NCBI GenBank assembly: GCA_046760505.1
Contig: JBHIEG010000018.1
Span: 1-38,800, forward strand
Length of the DNA: 38,800 bases
Direction of reading: 5' to 3'
Source of the DNA: Candidatus Hydrothermarchaeota archaeon
GTDB lineage: Archaea; CAYFZR01
Both the position numbers and the translations under genes were made by a program. The notes under the pieces were generated by a model, which searched no databases, was not told the origin of the DNA, and worked only from the letters and a program-made list of their open reading frames with translations. Shown here in pieces: positions 15,895 through 31,377 of the stretch (its first letter is position 1; the number at the start of each line of letters is the position of its first letter).

Positions 15895-18093
15895 TTAACT
15901 TAATAGAGATTCTGGAGTAGGTGGCTCAGGTTTAAGACCTTTTCGATTTCTTATTTCTTGAATTACACTTTCCTGTAACTCTTCCGGAAGCTTTTCAAAG
16001 CCGGCAAACTCAGTTGACCACAGTACTCTTCCTTCTGTAGCAGATCTTATGTCTCCAGCAAATCCAAACATCTCAGATACAGGTATCTTTGCTTTGAGTA
16101 TCACCATATCCTTCTCCTGTCGAATATCTAGTATTTGACCTCTTCTACTCTGGACCTCTCTTGTAACCGCTCCAAGGTATTCTTGAGGTACGTGGATGAA
16201 AAGATACTGCTTTGGTTCCAAGAGTATATCCTTCGCTTTTAGCATCCCAGCCAGTATAGCTGATCTCACCGCTGGAATTATCTGTGCGGGCCCCCTATGA
16301 ACTGCGTCTTCATGCAGAGAAGCATCTACCAATTTAACCTTAACACCAGCTACTTTTTCCCTTGACACGGGCCCGCCGTCCATTGCTTCATGAAATGCCT
16401 CTACCACCAACTCCATGACCTCATTCAGATATTGAATCCCCTTTGTCATATCTAACAGAATGTTGTTTCGATATATATCTACTACGTTTCTAGCCTCCTC
16501 TCTATTCATGCCGAGCTCGACTAGGGTTGCTCTTAACTCCTTTGGACTTTTTACCCTACCAGAACTTATCTCTCCTCCTACTAGTGCGTTATATACTTCT
16601 TTTTCTAAAGGTTCAACCACAAAGTAAAGTTTATTGTGCTTATTTGGTGATTTGCCCTCTATTATAGGAGAAACGCCTTCTACAGTTTCTCTATATACAA
16701 CAATAGGCTCAGAGACTTCTAATTCTATTCCTTTGTCCCTAGTAATCCTGTATGTTGTCACGTCTAAGTGTAACTCACCCATACCGGAAATTAAATGCTC
16801 CCCTGTCTCCTCGTTTATCTCAACCTTGATGGTTGGATCCTCTTTTTCAACCTGCCTTAACACTTCTATAAGCTTTGGAAGGTTTTTCATATCTTTTGCC
16901 TCTACTGCTACTGTTACAACGGGCTCTGAGATATGCACAATCTCTTCAAATCCTTCTATGCGATAATCGGGATCACATAGAGTCTCCCCAGCTCTGACAT
17001 CTGGGAGTCCAACTATGGCAGCGATGTTTCCTGCAGGAACTTCTTCAACATTTACCCTTTCAGGTCCCATGTAGACTCCAACTTGCTGAACTCGACTTGA
17101 CCTTACTGCATTAACCATGTAGACTTCCTGCCCTTTTTTAATCGAACCACTGAATACTCTTCCAGTTGCAACTTCACCTGCGTGGGGATCTATGGTAATG
17201 CTGGTTATCATCATGGCTAAAGGACTGTTAGGATCGCAGTTTTGCATTGCCTTGAATATATCGGAGTTGTTGTCTCCGGGCCATATCTTGGGTATCCTAA
17301 GTGGTTGCGCAGTTATTGGAGGCGGAAGATGTCTTATTATCATGTCTAGCAATACATTATGCAAAGATGCTTTCCTGTGCAATTCCTTAAGATTTCCTTC
17401 CTTTACATGGTCTATTATCTCTTTAAATGAAATAGTACCTTTCTGGATATAAGGGGCGCTCACTGCCCACTTTTGATACGCAGATCCAAAGGCTACGCTC
17501 CCATCATCTACCCTAACTAGCCATTCATCCTTTTTATCATCAGGAGCCATAGTTCTAATTAGGCTGTTTACCTCAGAAATTATCTCCAAAAATCTACTCT
17601 GTATCTGTTCGGGTGTTAATTTGAGCTCTTTAATGAGTCGATCTACCTTGTTTATAAAGAGAATTGGTTTAACCCTTTCTTTCAACGCCTGCCTCAAAAC
17701 GGTTTCTGTTTGAGGCATTACACCTTCCACTGCACATACCACGATTACAACGCCATCAACCGCTCTCATTGCTCGGGTGACATCTCCGCCGAAGTCAACG
17801 TGTCCTGGGGTATCTATTAGGTTAATGAGATATTCTTCCCCTTCATATTCATGTACCATTGAAACGTTTGCTGCATCTATTGTTATTCCTCTAGCCTGTT
17901 CTAACTCATCAAAATCTAAAAATAACTGAGTTCCTGCTAGTTCTTCTGATATCATACCTGCTCCTGCTAGGAGATTATCGGAGAGTGTTGTTTTCCCATG
18001 ATCAATGTGTGCGACTATTCCGATGTTTCTGATGTGATCAGGCACACGCATTAAACCTTTGATTTTATCAATCATCTTTCCTCGTCTACTCAA
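15895..18093 (-). CDS. fusA: Elongation factor 2
   Basis: [26 protein letters not shown], diphthamide loop HEDAVHRG. Confidence 0.97.
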   Translation of the reverse strand: MSRRGKMIDKIKGLMRVPDHIRNIGIVAHIDHGKTTLSDNLLAGAGMISEELAGTQLFLDFDELEQARGITIDAANVSMVHEYEGEEYLINLIDTPGHVDFGGDVTRAMRAVDGVVIVVCAVEGVMPQTETVLRQALKERVKPILFINKVDRLIKELKLTPEQIQSRFLEIISEVNSLIRTMAPDDKKDEWLVRVDDGSVAFGSAYQKWAVSAPYIQKGTISFKEIIDHVKEGNLKELHRKASLHNVLLDMIIRHLPPPITAQPLRIPKIWPGDNNSDIFKAMQNCDPNSPLAMMITSITIDPHAGEVATGRVFSGSIKKGQEVYMVNAVRSSRVQQVGVYMGPERVNVEEVPAGNIAAIVGLPDVRAGETLCDPDYRIEGFEEIVHISEPVVTVAVEAKDMKNLPKLIEVLRQVEKEDPTIKVEINEETGEHLISGMGELHLDVTTYRITRDKGIELEVSEPIVVYRETVEGVSPIIEGKSPNKHNKLYFVVEPLEKEVYNALVGGEISSGRVKSPKELRATLVELGMNREEARNVVDIYRNNILLDMTKGIQYLNEVMELVVEAFHEAMDGGPVSREKVAGVKVKLVDASLHEDAVHRGPAQIIPAVRSAILAGMLKAKDILLEPKQYLFIHVPQEYLGAVTREVQSRRGQILDIRQEKDMVILKAKIPVSEMFGFAGDIRSATEGRVLWSTEFAGFEKLPEELQESVIQEIRNRKGLKPEPPTPESLLS

Positions 18094-18118
18094 TATTTAT
18101 CCCTCGAAAATTTTTTGA

Positions 18119-18676
18119 TTACCGAGATGATTTTGCTATCCGTTCTATTTCATCTTTCTTTTGTATTGAGAAAAATCTTGTATCGTATTCAGATGCCCCT
18201 ATTATCTCACTAGCTAAGCACTCGGCAAAGCTTTTTTTATTACCAAAAGATGCTTTTTTCGCACCCATTGCTATTAATCTCAATGCTATGTCAACCCTTC
18301 TTTGAGGTGAGACGTCTACGGCTTGTTGGTATACAATTCCTCCGTATTTCAGTTTTGTTGTCTCTTCCCTGGGGCCTGCGTTGATTATAGCATCCACAAG
18401 TACTTGAACTGGATTTTTCTTGGTTCTCTTGTGAATTATCTCAAAAGCCTCCTTTACTACGTTGTATGCAAGATGTTTCTTGCCAGAGTTTTCCTCAGAT
18501 CTCATGATTTTGTTGATTAGTCTCTCAACGATCCATACCTCCGCTTTCTGAAACCTCTTCTTGCTGTGCTTGCCACTTGTATGAGGGACTAATTTTGGGT
18601 TTAAGTTTATATATTTCCCTAGACCAGGATCTTTGATCTCTATTTCATTTGAATTCCATTTTTCGAAAGCATTCAT
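18119..18676 (-). CDS. rps7: 30S ribosomal protein S7 (uS7)
   Basis: IVERLINKIM, NPVQVLVDAI.NAGPREE, AVDVSPQRR. Confidence 0.97.
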   Translation of the reverse strand: MNAFEKWNSNEIEIKDPGLGKYINLNPKLVPHTSGKHSKKRFQKAEVWIVERLINKIMRSEENSGKKHLAYNVVKEAFEIIHKRTKKNPVQVLVDAIINAGPREETTKLKYGGIVYQQAVDVSPQRRVDIALRLIAMGAKKASFGNKKSFAECLASEIIGASEYDTRFFSIQKKDEIERIAKSSR

Positions 18677-18679
18677 ATT

Positions 18680-19126
18680 TTATCTCCTCGGTTTTTCCCT
18701 CCTTCCCCTTATCAGTTCTATCAGGGGCACATTGTTTACCTTCACCACTTTCCATCTTACACCAGGAATATCTCCTTTTGCCCTCCCCTTTGCTCCACCG
18801 ATTCCTTCCACAATGACATCGTCATGTTCGTCTATAAAGTTAATGGCACCATCTCCTGGTGCGAAACATGTAATTTGTCGACCATTCTTTATCAATTGAA
18901 CTCTCACACACTTTCTTATTGCTGAATTAGGTTGTTTTGCTTCAACTCCAACTTTCTCTATAACGATTCCCCTAGCTTGGGGAGAACCTTCTAGAGGATC
19001 TACCTTCTCATCGAGTCTTAGCATCCTTCTCTTGTAGTATATGTCTTTCCATCTAAATTTCTGCCTTCTGGACCTCAACTTCCTAGCTGCATGCATCCCT
19101 CTACTTTTCTTTGCCATATCTTGCAC
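18680..19126 (-). CDS. rps12: 30S ribosomal protein S12 (uS12)
   Basis: [27 protein letters not shown]. Confidence 0.97.
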   Translation of the reverse strand: MQDMAKKSRGMHAARKLRSRRQKFRWKDIYYKRRMLRLDEKVDPLEGSPQARGIVIEKVGVEAKQPNSAIRKCVRVQLIKNGRQITCFAPGDGAINFIDEHDDVIVEGIGGAKGRAKGDIPGVRWKVVKVNNVPLIELIRGRREKPRR

Positions 19127-19135
19127 CTTTACGCA

Positions 19136-19570
19136 CTAGGTTATTTGCACATCATCGATGTTGTGGTGGCGTTTAACCAGCATCTTAGCCTTCTTTATAT
19201 TTTTTCCTCCCTTCCCGATAACAAGCCCCTTATCTCTTTCATTAACATCGATTAATGCAATGGTTTTACCTTCTTTCTTATTCAGTATATTAACATTTTT
19301 TATCTTAATGGGGGAAAAAAGGTTCTTAATAAATTCTACTGGATCGTCAGAATGTTCTATGACTTCTACATTCTTTCCGATGGTTTTTTTAACTCTTGCT
19401 ATATTTACCCCTCTCTTCCCTATGGCAAGACCTACATCTCCTTTCTTCACGACAAAGATAACCCTATCATTGTCTTCATCTATAACACAATCCTTGGTCA
19501 CCGCCCCAGTAAGACTTTCAAACAGGGCGATGTACTTGATACCTTCGGTAGTTAATTTCACTTCTCCCAT
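19136..19570 (-). CDS. nusA: Archaeal NusA (two KH domains)
   Basis: YIALFESLTGA, AIGKRG.N, VIGKGGKN; conserved operon position. Confidence 0.95.
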   Translation of the reverse strand: MGEVKLTTEGIKYIALFESLTGAVTKDCVIDEDNDRVIFVVKKGDVGLAIGKRGVNIARVKKTIGKNVEVIEHSDDPVEFIKNLFSPIKIKNVNILNKKEGKTIALIDVNERDKGLVIGKGGKNIKKAKMLVKRHHNIDDVQIT

Positions 19571-19890
19571 TCAACAGCCTCCCTTGATAGGTTTAAAATG
19601 TTCGATTCACCAGGATCAATAACTCCTAGTACCGATACTCCAAAGGGCTTTCCACAAAGCGGTCCTAATTCGAGTCGAGTTTTGTCTAGATGTAAAACAG
19701 GAACTGAAGATATTCTTGCATATCTTTCAATATCTTCTCTAAGCGATTTAGGGCAATTACTAGCTAAAATAACCAGTTTTGTACTTTTAAATTTAAGACT
19801 TTTAACGGTACTGTTGTACCCAAGTGTAATTTTTCCGGTGTCTGCGGCTAATTTAATTGCCCTGCTGATGCTCATACTGCTTCTCCTCAC
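19558..19890 (-). CDS. rpl30e: 50S ribosomal protein L30e
   Basis: TGKITLG, LVILASNCP, ELG.LCGKPF, DPGES. Confidence 0.95.
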   Translation of the reverse strand: MRRSSMSISRAIKLAADTGKITLGYNSTVKSLKFKSTKLVILASNCPKSLREDIERYARISSVPVLHLDKTRLELGPLCGKPFGVSVLGVIDPGESNILNLSREAVEWEK

Positions 19891-19921
19891 GATTTTCTTT
19901 TTATCTTACCTGGTCATTCTT

Positions 19922-23754
<3,833 letters not shown>

Positions 23755-25638
23755 CTATACCAAATCGCTCAATACTAGCCTTGGAACAACGCATAACGCT
23801 CGCAGTTCGTCGAGTAAAAGTTTGAAGGCATATGACATCTCCACAAGATATATGTCGCCATGTTCTCCCTCCAACGGGCAATAAATCCGCAGAGATTTGC
23901 TGTCTTGTACCGCTATGTTACCACATTTTCCACAAACAAGGACCGAATATTTGTCTGATTCATCTAACAACCTTTCTTTAAGGAGCATTGAGGCTCCATG
24001 ACCTATTAAACAGTCTCTTTCCATCTCTCCAAACCTTAAGCCGCCTTCTCTTGCACGACCTTCAGTTGGCTGCCTTGTAAGAACCTGTAAGGGCCCTCTC
24101 GATCTTGCATGAATCTTGCTTGCAACAAGATGATGGAGTTTTTCGTAGTATGCTATGCCTACAAATATCTCTGCCTCTATCATCTTCCCGGTAATACCGT
24201 CATACAGTACTTCTCTTCCATTGTGCTTGAAACCGAATGATTCCAATGTTTTTCTCAGTTTTGATTCGTCTTCTCCTTCAAATGCGGTTCCGTCCACTCT
24301 TCTACCTTCTAAACATCCTACCTTGCCGGCTATCATTTCCAAGACTTGACCGACGGTCATTCTGGAAGGTATTGCGTGAGGGTTTATTATGAGATCGGGT
24401 ACGACTCCATCCTCGGTGAAAGGCATATCCTCCTGAGGCACTAAAAGACCGATTACTCCCTTTTGTCCATGTCTGGATGCAAACTTGTCCCCCAGTTCTG
24501 GTATACGTTCGTCTCTAACTTTTACCTTTACCAGTTTGTTCCCCTCTGATGTCTCTGTAATCATTACTCTATCTACGACGCCTTTTTCTCCGTGCCTGAC
24601 TGTAACAGATGTCTCCCTCCTCTTCTCTATAGGTAACCCAAATTCATCAATATCTTCTAGGAACCTAGGAGGACTTGTTTTACCCATCAATACGTCTCCG
24701 CTATTAACCTCGAGTTCTACCTCTGCAATTCCGTCTTCTCCGATACGGGCATATTCGCCTTCTACTCTAAACCCTCTCACATCTTCAGGAGGAATCTCAA
24801 ACTTATCTTCCTGACCTCCAGGATATCTTCTCTCTTCTGCCTCGTATACACGGAAGAAAGTGGATCTACCCAGACCTCTTTCAACAGAGGATTTATTGAG
24901 TACCAATGCGTCTTCCATGTTGTATCCTTGGTAAGACATTACCGCTATCACGAAATTTTGTCCTGAAGGCCTTTTATCCAGGTGAACCAAATCTGAGAAC
25001 TTTGTCTTTACAATGGGGAACTGTGGATAATGAAGCAGATGTCCCCTGGTATCGAATCTGATGAGATAATTACTCATGTAAATTCCAATGGCCTGTTTTG
25101 CCATGGCTGCGCCCATTGTATTTCTGGGAGAAGAATTATGCTCGGGGTAGGGTATTAAACCAGCGCATATTCCCAGAATTGCGGAGGGGGCTATCTCAAG
25201 GTGAGTATGTTCTTTCGAAAGCTCTTCAGGTAAGACAGCGATTAAGCAGTTTTCTTCTTCTTCGGCATCTAGATATTCTACGACTCCATCTTCTACCAGA
25301 TCTTTCCACCCAATTTCTCCGTTTGCAAGTTTTTTGATGTGTTCTTCAGTTAATTGAGGTACGCCGTCTTTCACCACGATTAGGGGGCGTCTAGCCCTTC
25401 CTGAGTCGACGTTTATTTGCACTTCATTAGTTTCTGGATAATAGGTCACGTTTAGTTGGTTGGATAATAGACCTTCTCTCCTCTTTTCCCTTATATCAGC
25501 TACAAATTCTATTGGATCAGAGTGAAAACCAATTAGTTTTCCATTCAAATACACTCTAGCGGGTTTATATTTTGGAGCCTCTATCGCTTCTACTGTTTTG
25601 ATGTAAAAATCTGATATTTCGTGTGACATCATCATCAC
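23755..25638 (-). CDS. rpoB1: RNA polymerase subunit B' (Rpo2C)
   Basis: [31 protein letters not shown]. Confidence 0.97.
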   Translation of the reverse strand: MMMMSHEISDFYIKTVEAIEAPKYKPARVYLNGKLIGFHSDPIEFVADIREKRREGLLSNQLNVTYYPETNEVQINVDSGRARRPLIVVKDGVPQLTEEHIKKLANGEIGWKDLVEDGVVEYLDAEEEENCLIAVLPEELSKEHTHLEIAPSAILGICAGLIPYPEHNSSPRNTMGAAMAKQAIGIYMSNYLIRFDTRGHLLHYPQFPIVKTKFSDLVHLDKRPSGQNFVIAVMSYQGYNMEDALVLNKSSVERGLGRSTFFRVYEAEERRYPGGQEDKFEIPPEDVRGFRVEGEYARIGEDGIAEVELEVNSGDVLMGKTSPPRFLEDIDEFGLPIEKRRETSVTVRHGEKGVVDRVMITETSEGNKLVKVKVRDERIPELGDKFASRHGQKGVIGLLVPQEDMPFTEDGVVPDLIINPHAIPSRMTVGQVLEMIAGKVGCLEGRRVDGTAFEGEDESKLRKTLESFGFKHNGREVLYDGITGKMIEAEIFVGIAYYEKLHHLVASKIHARSRGPLQVLTRQPTEGRAREGGLRFGEMERDCLIGHGASMLLKERLLDESDKYSVLVCGKCGNIAVQDSKSLRIYCPLEGEHGDIYLVEMSYAFKLLLDELRALCVVPRLVLSDLV

Positions 25639-25639
25639 C

Positions 25640-27121
25640 TTATTTTATGGGCTCTAGGCCCAGTTCAAATAATACATGTTCAACGGCTTTTTCATCTGCT
25701 CCGGTAGAAACTTCGCACATAATGGCAAAATTCTTAACCAATCCGCAGTTTGGACCTTCAGGAGTTTCGTTGGGGCATATCTTTCCCCAGTGAGTTGGGT
25801 GGAGATCTCTAGCCTCAAAGTGGGGCTGACTCCTGCTTAATGGCGAGACCACTCTTCTTAAATGAGATAATGCTGAGGTAAAATTGGTTCTATCGAGCAA
25901 CTGACTTACGCCCGATCTGCCCCCTACCCAATTACCTGTTGCAAGAGCATGCTGCATCCTATCGGTAAGCACATCAGGTCTTACGGCAGATCTTATCGCT
26001 GGCTCTCTCCCCCTCATGTTTATCCTTTCAAGTTGATATCTGATATCTTTAACAAGGGTAAGAAAGGCCATCCTGAAGAGATCTTCCATTAGATCACCTG
26101 TTAGTCTTAAACGTTTGTTTGAATAGTGATCTTTATCGTCCGGAGTCCTTTTACCTAAGTGGAGTTCTATTGCCATTTCAGCCATCCTACAGAGATAGAG
26201 TGCCTTTCTCTTCCTGTCTTCTGGAGCAGTTCCGAGATGAGGAAGGAGGTATTGATCGATGACCTGACCTGCTCTTCGGAGTCTATACTCCTGCAACTGT
26301 CCAGCAGCGACTCTCTTTCCTATGTAGTCAATGCAATCCTCTTGGCTATAAGGTTCTTTGAATTCTTCCAGGTTCGGGATGAAAGCTACGATTATATCAG
26401 GATCATCCGATATCGCATCAACTATTTCCTGATCTTTTTCCATACCTAAGGCTCTAAGAAGGAGTACCAGAGGTACCTGTCCTGGAACCGCTGGGAATGA
26501 CGCATAGATGAGTCCGTCCTTTCTTCTTTCAACAAGATTTAGGACCCTGAGCCCTCTGTATTTTGAAAAGACTTTAGCAACCTCTATCTTGGATTTATAC
26601 TTTTCTTCTTGCTCTACAAGTATCCTGTTGGGTGCTAGGTCCTCAATCGTTACGACCACTCTTTCAGATCCGTTGACGATAAAGTATCCACCCGTATCCA
26701 GAGGGTCTTCGCCTGCCTTTATTATCTCTTGCTCACTCAAGCCATATAGGTTACAGAGTTTTGATTTGACCATTATCGGCAACATGCCGATGTTTAACGT
26801 TTCATGGTTTTCCACTCCGTTTAAAACTTCCTTGAATTCTAGGCGGAGTGGCGCTGCATATGTTAAATTTCTCAGTCTTGCCTCATTAGGGAACAACTTG
26901 GTTGTTGAACCGTCAGTTTCTTTTATAGATGGCTTGTCCACATGGATTCTACCTAGGGTTACATAGTAGTCCTCGACGTTGGTTTCGATTGTACCTACCT
27001 CATCCACGACCATCTGTAGTTTGTGCTCTAGAAAGTGATTAAATGAATCGAGCTGTTGTCTTACCAAGGAGAGTTCCCTAAAGAATACATCAGCTAATAT
27101 AGACATGTTCAAATATCTCAA
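25640..27121 (-). CDS. rpoB2: RNA polymerase subunit B'' (Rpo2N)
   Basis: [38 protein letters not shown]. Confidence 0.97.
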   Translation of the reverse strand: MRYLNMSILADVFFRELSLVRQQLDSFNHFLEHKLQMVVDEVGTIETNVEDYYVTLGRIHVDKPSIKETDGSTTKLFPNEARLRNLTYAAPLRLEFKEVLNGVENHETLNIGMLPIMVKSKLCNLYGLSEQEIIKAGEDPLDTGGYFIVNGSERVVVTIEDLAPNRILVEQEEKYKSKIEVAKVFSKYRGLRVLNLVERRKDGLIYASFPAVPGQVPLVLLLRALGMEKDQEIVDAISDDPDIIVAFIPNLEEFKEPYSQEDCIDYIGKRVAAGQLQEYRLRRAGQVIDQYLLPHLGTAPEDRKRKALYLCRMAEMAIELHLGKRTPDDKDHYSNKRLRLTGDLMEDLFRMAFLTLVKDIRYQLERINMRGREPAIRSAVRPDVLTDRMQHALATGNWVGGRSGVSQLLDRTNFTSALSHLRRVVSPLSRSQPHFEARDLHPTHWGKICPNETPEGPNCGLVKNFAIMCEVSTGADEKAVEHVLFELGLEPIK

Positions 27122-27130
27122 ACCTCCATT

Positions 27131-27379
27131 TTATTCCTTCACAACAAGTCTATAAACAGATATTTCTTTAGCAGTTGGACTTTTTCTTGTTATCTTTACT
27201 ACGTCACCAGGATTTGCGCCTATAGCTTTAACAGCAGGATCTTTGCTCGATATCTTTGGAAGTTGGGATAGTTCAATGCCGTATTTTCTTTTTATCTTTT
27301 CCACTTCCTCAGGTGTTGCTATTTCGTGCTTTGGGACCAATTCATGAATCAGCACGTCCACTTTTTTTGGCATATCCAA
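27131..27379 (-). CDS. rpoH: RNA polymerase subunit H (Rpo5)
   Basis: HELVPKHE, LPKI…DP, GDVVKITRKSPTA. Confidence 0.97.
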   Translation of the reverse strand: MDMPKKVDVLIHELVPKHEIATPEEVEKIKRKYGIELSQLPKISSKDPAVKAIGANPGDVVKITRKSPTAKEISVYRLVVKE

Positions 27380-27421
27380 CCTCCGAGAACTAATTCTTAC
27401 TTTTTATAGGCGTTTCTATGA

Positions 27422-27496
27422 TGGGCCCGACGGGATTTGAACCCGCGACACTCGGCTTAAAAGGCCGATGCTCTAGCCAGACTGAGCTACGGGCCC
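27422..27496 (-). tRNA. tRNA-Lys(UUU)
   Basis: GGGCCCG acceptor, anticodon arm TCGGC-CTTTTAA-GCCGA, GGTTCAAATCC. Confidence 0.95.
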
Positions 27497-27586
27497 TGAT
27501 ATTAGGAATGTTCTGATCATTGCTTTCAAAATGAATTCTATATTTTCTAACCTTACATCACCCGTTTCTAGACTCTCCAATTCTAT

Positions 27587-27664
27587 TGGCGCCCTGGCCG
27601 GGATTTGAACCCGGGTCACGGGCTCGACAGGCCCGAATGATAGACCGGACTACACTACCAGGGC
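27587..27664 (-). tRNA. tRNA-Asp(GUC), CCA encoded
   Basis: GCCCTGG acceptor, CGGGC-CTGTCGA-GCCCG anticodon arm, ends GCCA. Confidence 0.95.
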
Positions 27665-27668
27665 AATG

Positions 27669-27797
27669 GAGGGCTGGCAGCGTCATGGAGTTCCCGTAGG
27701 CTCGCGCACTACAGTACAGTCCATATCGCTGGGGGACTTTACTTCCGGGATCGGACGAGACCGGGTGTATCCCCCCCGCTATGGCCGCCATACCCTC
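27669..27797 (-). rRNA. rrf: 5S rRNA (ends approximate)
   Basis: GGCGGCCATAGCGG…ACACCCGGTCTCGTCCGATCCCGGAAGTAAAG…GTACTGT…GGGAAC…GCTGCC; terminal GAGGG/CCCTC helix. Confidence 0.92.
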
Positions 27798-27813
27798 GCA
27801 TGGTTATTCTTCA

Positions 27814-27821
27814 TATTTATA
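27814..27821 (-). promoter_or_regulatory. TATA box for the 5S-tRNA-Asp unit
   Basis: TATAAATA about 20 nt upstream of the 5S 5' end. Confidence 0.5.
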
Positions 27822-27840
27822 TCTTATGGACTAAGACGCA

Positions 27841-27917
27841 TGGTCCCGTCGGCCGGATTTGAACCGGCAACCTGGGGATCTACAGTCCCCCGCTCTGCCA
27901 AGTTGAGCTACGACGGG
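27841..27917 (-). tRNA. tRNA-Tyr(GUA), CCA encoded, intronless
   Basis: C1-G72 archaeal Tyr identity pair, GGGGA-CTGTAGA-TCCCC anticodon arm, ends ACCA. Confidence 0.95.
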
Positions 27918-27942
27918 TTTGGTGCATCTAATACCTAACCCA

Positions 27943-27949
27943 TACTTAA
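27943..27949 (-). promoter_or_regulatory. TATA-like box for tRNA-Tyr
   Basis: TTAAGTA 26-32 nt upstream of the tRNA 5' end. Confidence 0.4.
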
Positions 27950-28082
27950 GTCTTGTGCCTTTATGAGAGTTATTAGATCGTTTGTCTCCAATTTTTTTAT
28001 CAACATATAAGGTATTTACAAACCTAAAAATTTTACTATCAAAACACTTATCTAGATCAAACAAAACCTTCCATTCGGAGGG

Positions 28083-28553
28083 ATGTTTTTGGAGGAGGAA
28101 AAGAAAGTTATAGATATTCCTGAGAAGATGAGGAAAGATGCAAGATACTTCGAGGCTAGGGTGAAACCAAAGATCGCAAGACATCGCTTAGAGGCGATGG
28201 GAGTAGAAATAAGGAGGGAAGACGTGGAGGCCGATTTCTGTCTGAATGTTTCCATAGGTCCAAGGGCCGGTATTTGTTACGTGGTTGCTTTGGAAGACAA
28301 GAGATTTTTAACTGGAGAAGCCAAGCCTATAAAGATTGAGAAAATAGAAATACCTGCCAACCATTTTCTGATGATATCTGCGTATGGTAGACATCCTGTA
28401 GGTCATTTAATAGCGGTGGGGGAAGAACTGGTTCAACCAATTGAGAAGGAGAGGACCGCAGATTATGCATTATTTTTGGCTGGCGCGGACGGAGATGTAA
28501 AAAAGGGAGATATAATCGGTGTAGTAATGTTCATGAGTTTTAAGATGGGATAA
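28083..28553 (+). CDS. DUF22-like archaeal protein
   Basis: GEAKPIKI..I.IP, Y.RHPVG..IAV.EE…PIE..R, DG.VKKGD.IG; GGAGGG SD. Confidence 0.65.
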   Translation: MFLEEEKKVIDIPEKMRKDARYFEARVKPKIARHRLEAMGVEIRREDVEADFCLNVSIGPRAGICYVVALEDKRFLTGEAKPIKIEKIEIPANHFLMISAYGRHPVGHLIAVGEELVQPIEKERTADYALFLAGADGDVKKGDIIGVVMFMSFKMG

Positions 28554-28578
28554 CTTGCTCATTTATTTTTTTGGAGGG

Positions 28579-29133
28579 TTATTCTTTTTTTATACCCATG
28601 GTAACCTCTAGGAGACTCTCCACCTCTTCTTCGCTCAGTTCTTTGGGAGGTTCGGTGGTGAGTATGCCAGTGCAGAAATCTTTACCTACAATTACCGCTG
28701 ATTTATAATCTACTCCGCTTCCCGTGTGAATTACATTTCTAAGCACTGCAAGGCGGACGCACATCACTGGCAATTTTTTGCTTTCCAAGTCTAGACACAA
28801 AGGTCTGTAAAAGCAACTGTAGTGTTCTACTTTCATTTCTTTGTCGTCTCCGGTTATGTTGTCTTCTTCGCTCATGTATCCTTCTTTCTTACAATCCTCG
28901 ATATAATTTTTAGCTACCTCAAATGGTCTGTCTTTTTTTATCTCGATATTTGATTTCTTTTTTTGATAAGCTCGCCAATAATTCCCTGCATTTGAAAATA
29001 TTTCCTTAATCATTTTTGGATTGTCAATAGTCGCCATACCTACACCATAAGCCCAAGAAAGAGATACTTGCTTAAATAGCTCGATAGGATCAATTTTTTT
29101 TGCCATACGAATCCCTCCCATTTTTAAAATCAA
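28579..29133 (-). CDS. Hypothetical protein with a possible V4R/methanogen-output-domain-like Cys pattern
   Basis: CFYRPLC…MCVR…C pattern; probable start at MAKKIDP after GGAGGG. Confidence 0.5.
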   Translation of the reverse strand: MILKMGGIRMAKKIDPIELFKQVSLSWAYGVGMATIDNPKMIKEIFSNAGNYWRAYQKKKSNIEIKKDRPFEVAKNYIEDCKKEGYMSEEDNITGDDKEMKVEHYSCFYRPLCLDLESKKLPVMCVRLAVLRNVIHTGSGVDYKSAVIVGKDFCTGILTTEPPKELSEEEVESLLEVTMGIKKE

Positions 29134-29240
29134 CTCAACACCTGAATTGCTAAAACTTTACCCATTAATCTTTATATAGGTTTTGATAACATGGTTTTTT
29201 GGTAAAAAAATATAAAAAATAAAAAGACAATGGTAATACC

Positions 29241-29630
29241 ATGATTGTTCAGCGCACGTTTGGGATTCTACAGGTAATAATCGGTTTGGTTTTAGTAGCG
29301 GTTGCCAGTTACTATGCTGGAGTAGCGAAACGCGTTCTTGGGGAACAAGCAATGTTTACTCCTGGTGCTTTTTATATCTCTCTGCTTCTTATCCTGTTGC
29401 CGGGGATATTGCTCTTTCTTGGAGGGTTTTCCTTACTTTATGCATTAAAAAAACCTCTGAGAGTAGGCCCTCCTGTTATTAGAGATGATGGAACTTTTAT
29501 CGGGGAAGTGGAGGCAATAAAACTAGATCCATCCACACAAAATGTTAGGATCATTATGAAAAGGGAAGAAGTTGAGATAGAAGATATCGCAGATATAAAC
29601 GAGTTTATAGTTGTTAGGAAGAAAGAATAA
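29241..29630 (+). CDS. Two-TM membrane protein with PRC-barrel-like C-terminus
   Basis: Two hydrophobic helices followed by V..DDGTFIGEV..I.LD…I..I.EFIVV. Confidence 0.6.
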   Translation: MIVQRTFGILQVIIGLVLVAVASYYAGVAKRVLGEQAMFTPGAFYISLLLILLPGILLFLGGFSLLYALKKPLRVGPPVIRDDGTFIGEVEAIKLDPSTQNVRIIMKREEVEIEDIADINEFIVVRKKE

Positions 29631-29647
29631 TTCCTACAATTCTCCAG

Positions 29648-30298
29648 TTATAAACTCCTAGTTATAAATGGTCTCCCCTCCTTTTCAAATGATATTTTGA
29701 AACCTATATTCCTGAGGTACTCATATGATCTTGTGCCTTCTCCATGGATAAGCACCTCTACGAAATCCTGTTTGGTATCCACGTCTATTGAGAGCAAAAA
29801 AGAATCATAGATAGCGTATCTCAATTTTTTCTCCTTTATAAGTTTTAAATGTCTGAAAAAACTTATACCATTGAAAAGCGGATCTATAACATCCTTTGGC
29901 GATCTGTACAGCAGAGACGTTCCTCCAGCCCTCGATGGCACTATAACGATTTCTTTATCAGAGCCCATTTTCAAAATCTTTTCGACATGGAATCTTTTTA
30001 TGAGGGGAATATCTGCAGGGACTATGATGCTTGTATCTGCCTCTATCTTTTTCGTTGCGTTTACAAGGGCAGTGTTCAAATCTGATGTATCATAAAATAT
30101 ATTCGCCTTGTATTCAAGGTCCATATTTTTTTCTGGCGTCACAATGTATGTTTCCATTCCTAAATCAAAAAACACGTTACATACATCGTTTAACATTGCC
30201 AGAGTAAATCCTTTTCTCTCTTCATCAGTTAATACGTCAGATAATCTTGTTTTACATTTGGATAGCGAATTTAAGGGGATTAAAACGATATTCTTCAT
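29648..30298 (-). CDS. cofC: 2-phospho-L-lactate/PEP guanylyltransferase (F420 biosynthesis)
   Basis: LIP…KTRLS, AML.DV, LNTAL, PADIPL, GGTS, SF..H, DVDT..D; downstream of mer. Confidence 0.9.
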   Translation of the reverse strand: MKNIVLIPLNSLSKCKTRLSDVLTDEERKGFTLAMLNDVCNVFFDLGMETYIVTPEKNMDLEYKANIFYDTSDLNTALVNATKKIEADTSIIVPADIPLIKRFHVEKILKMGSDKEIVIVPSRAGGTSLLYRSPKDVIDPLFNGISFFRHLKLIKEKKLRYAIYDSFLLSIDVDTKQDFVEVLIHGEGTRSYEYLRNIGFKISFEKEGRPFITRSL

Positions 30299-30317
30299 AT
30301 CAAAAAAATAGGGGAGA

Positions 30318-31358
<1,041 letters not shown>

Positions 31359-31377
31359 TCATGGAATAATTACTAGC

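Noticed and set aside
27558-28255. ORFs 27558..27791, 27666..27938, 27831..28184 and 28052..28255
   Set aside because: They overlap the tRNA/5S genes or lie antisense to the DUF22-like gene; shadow ORFs
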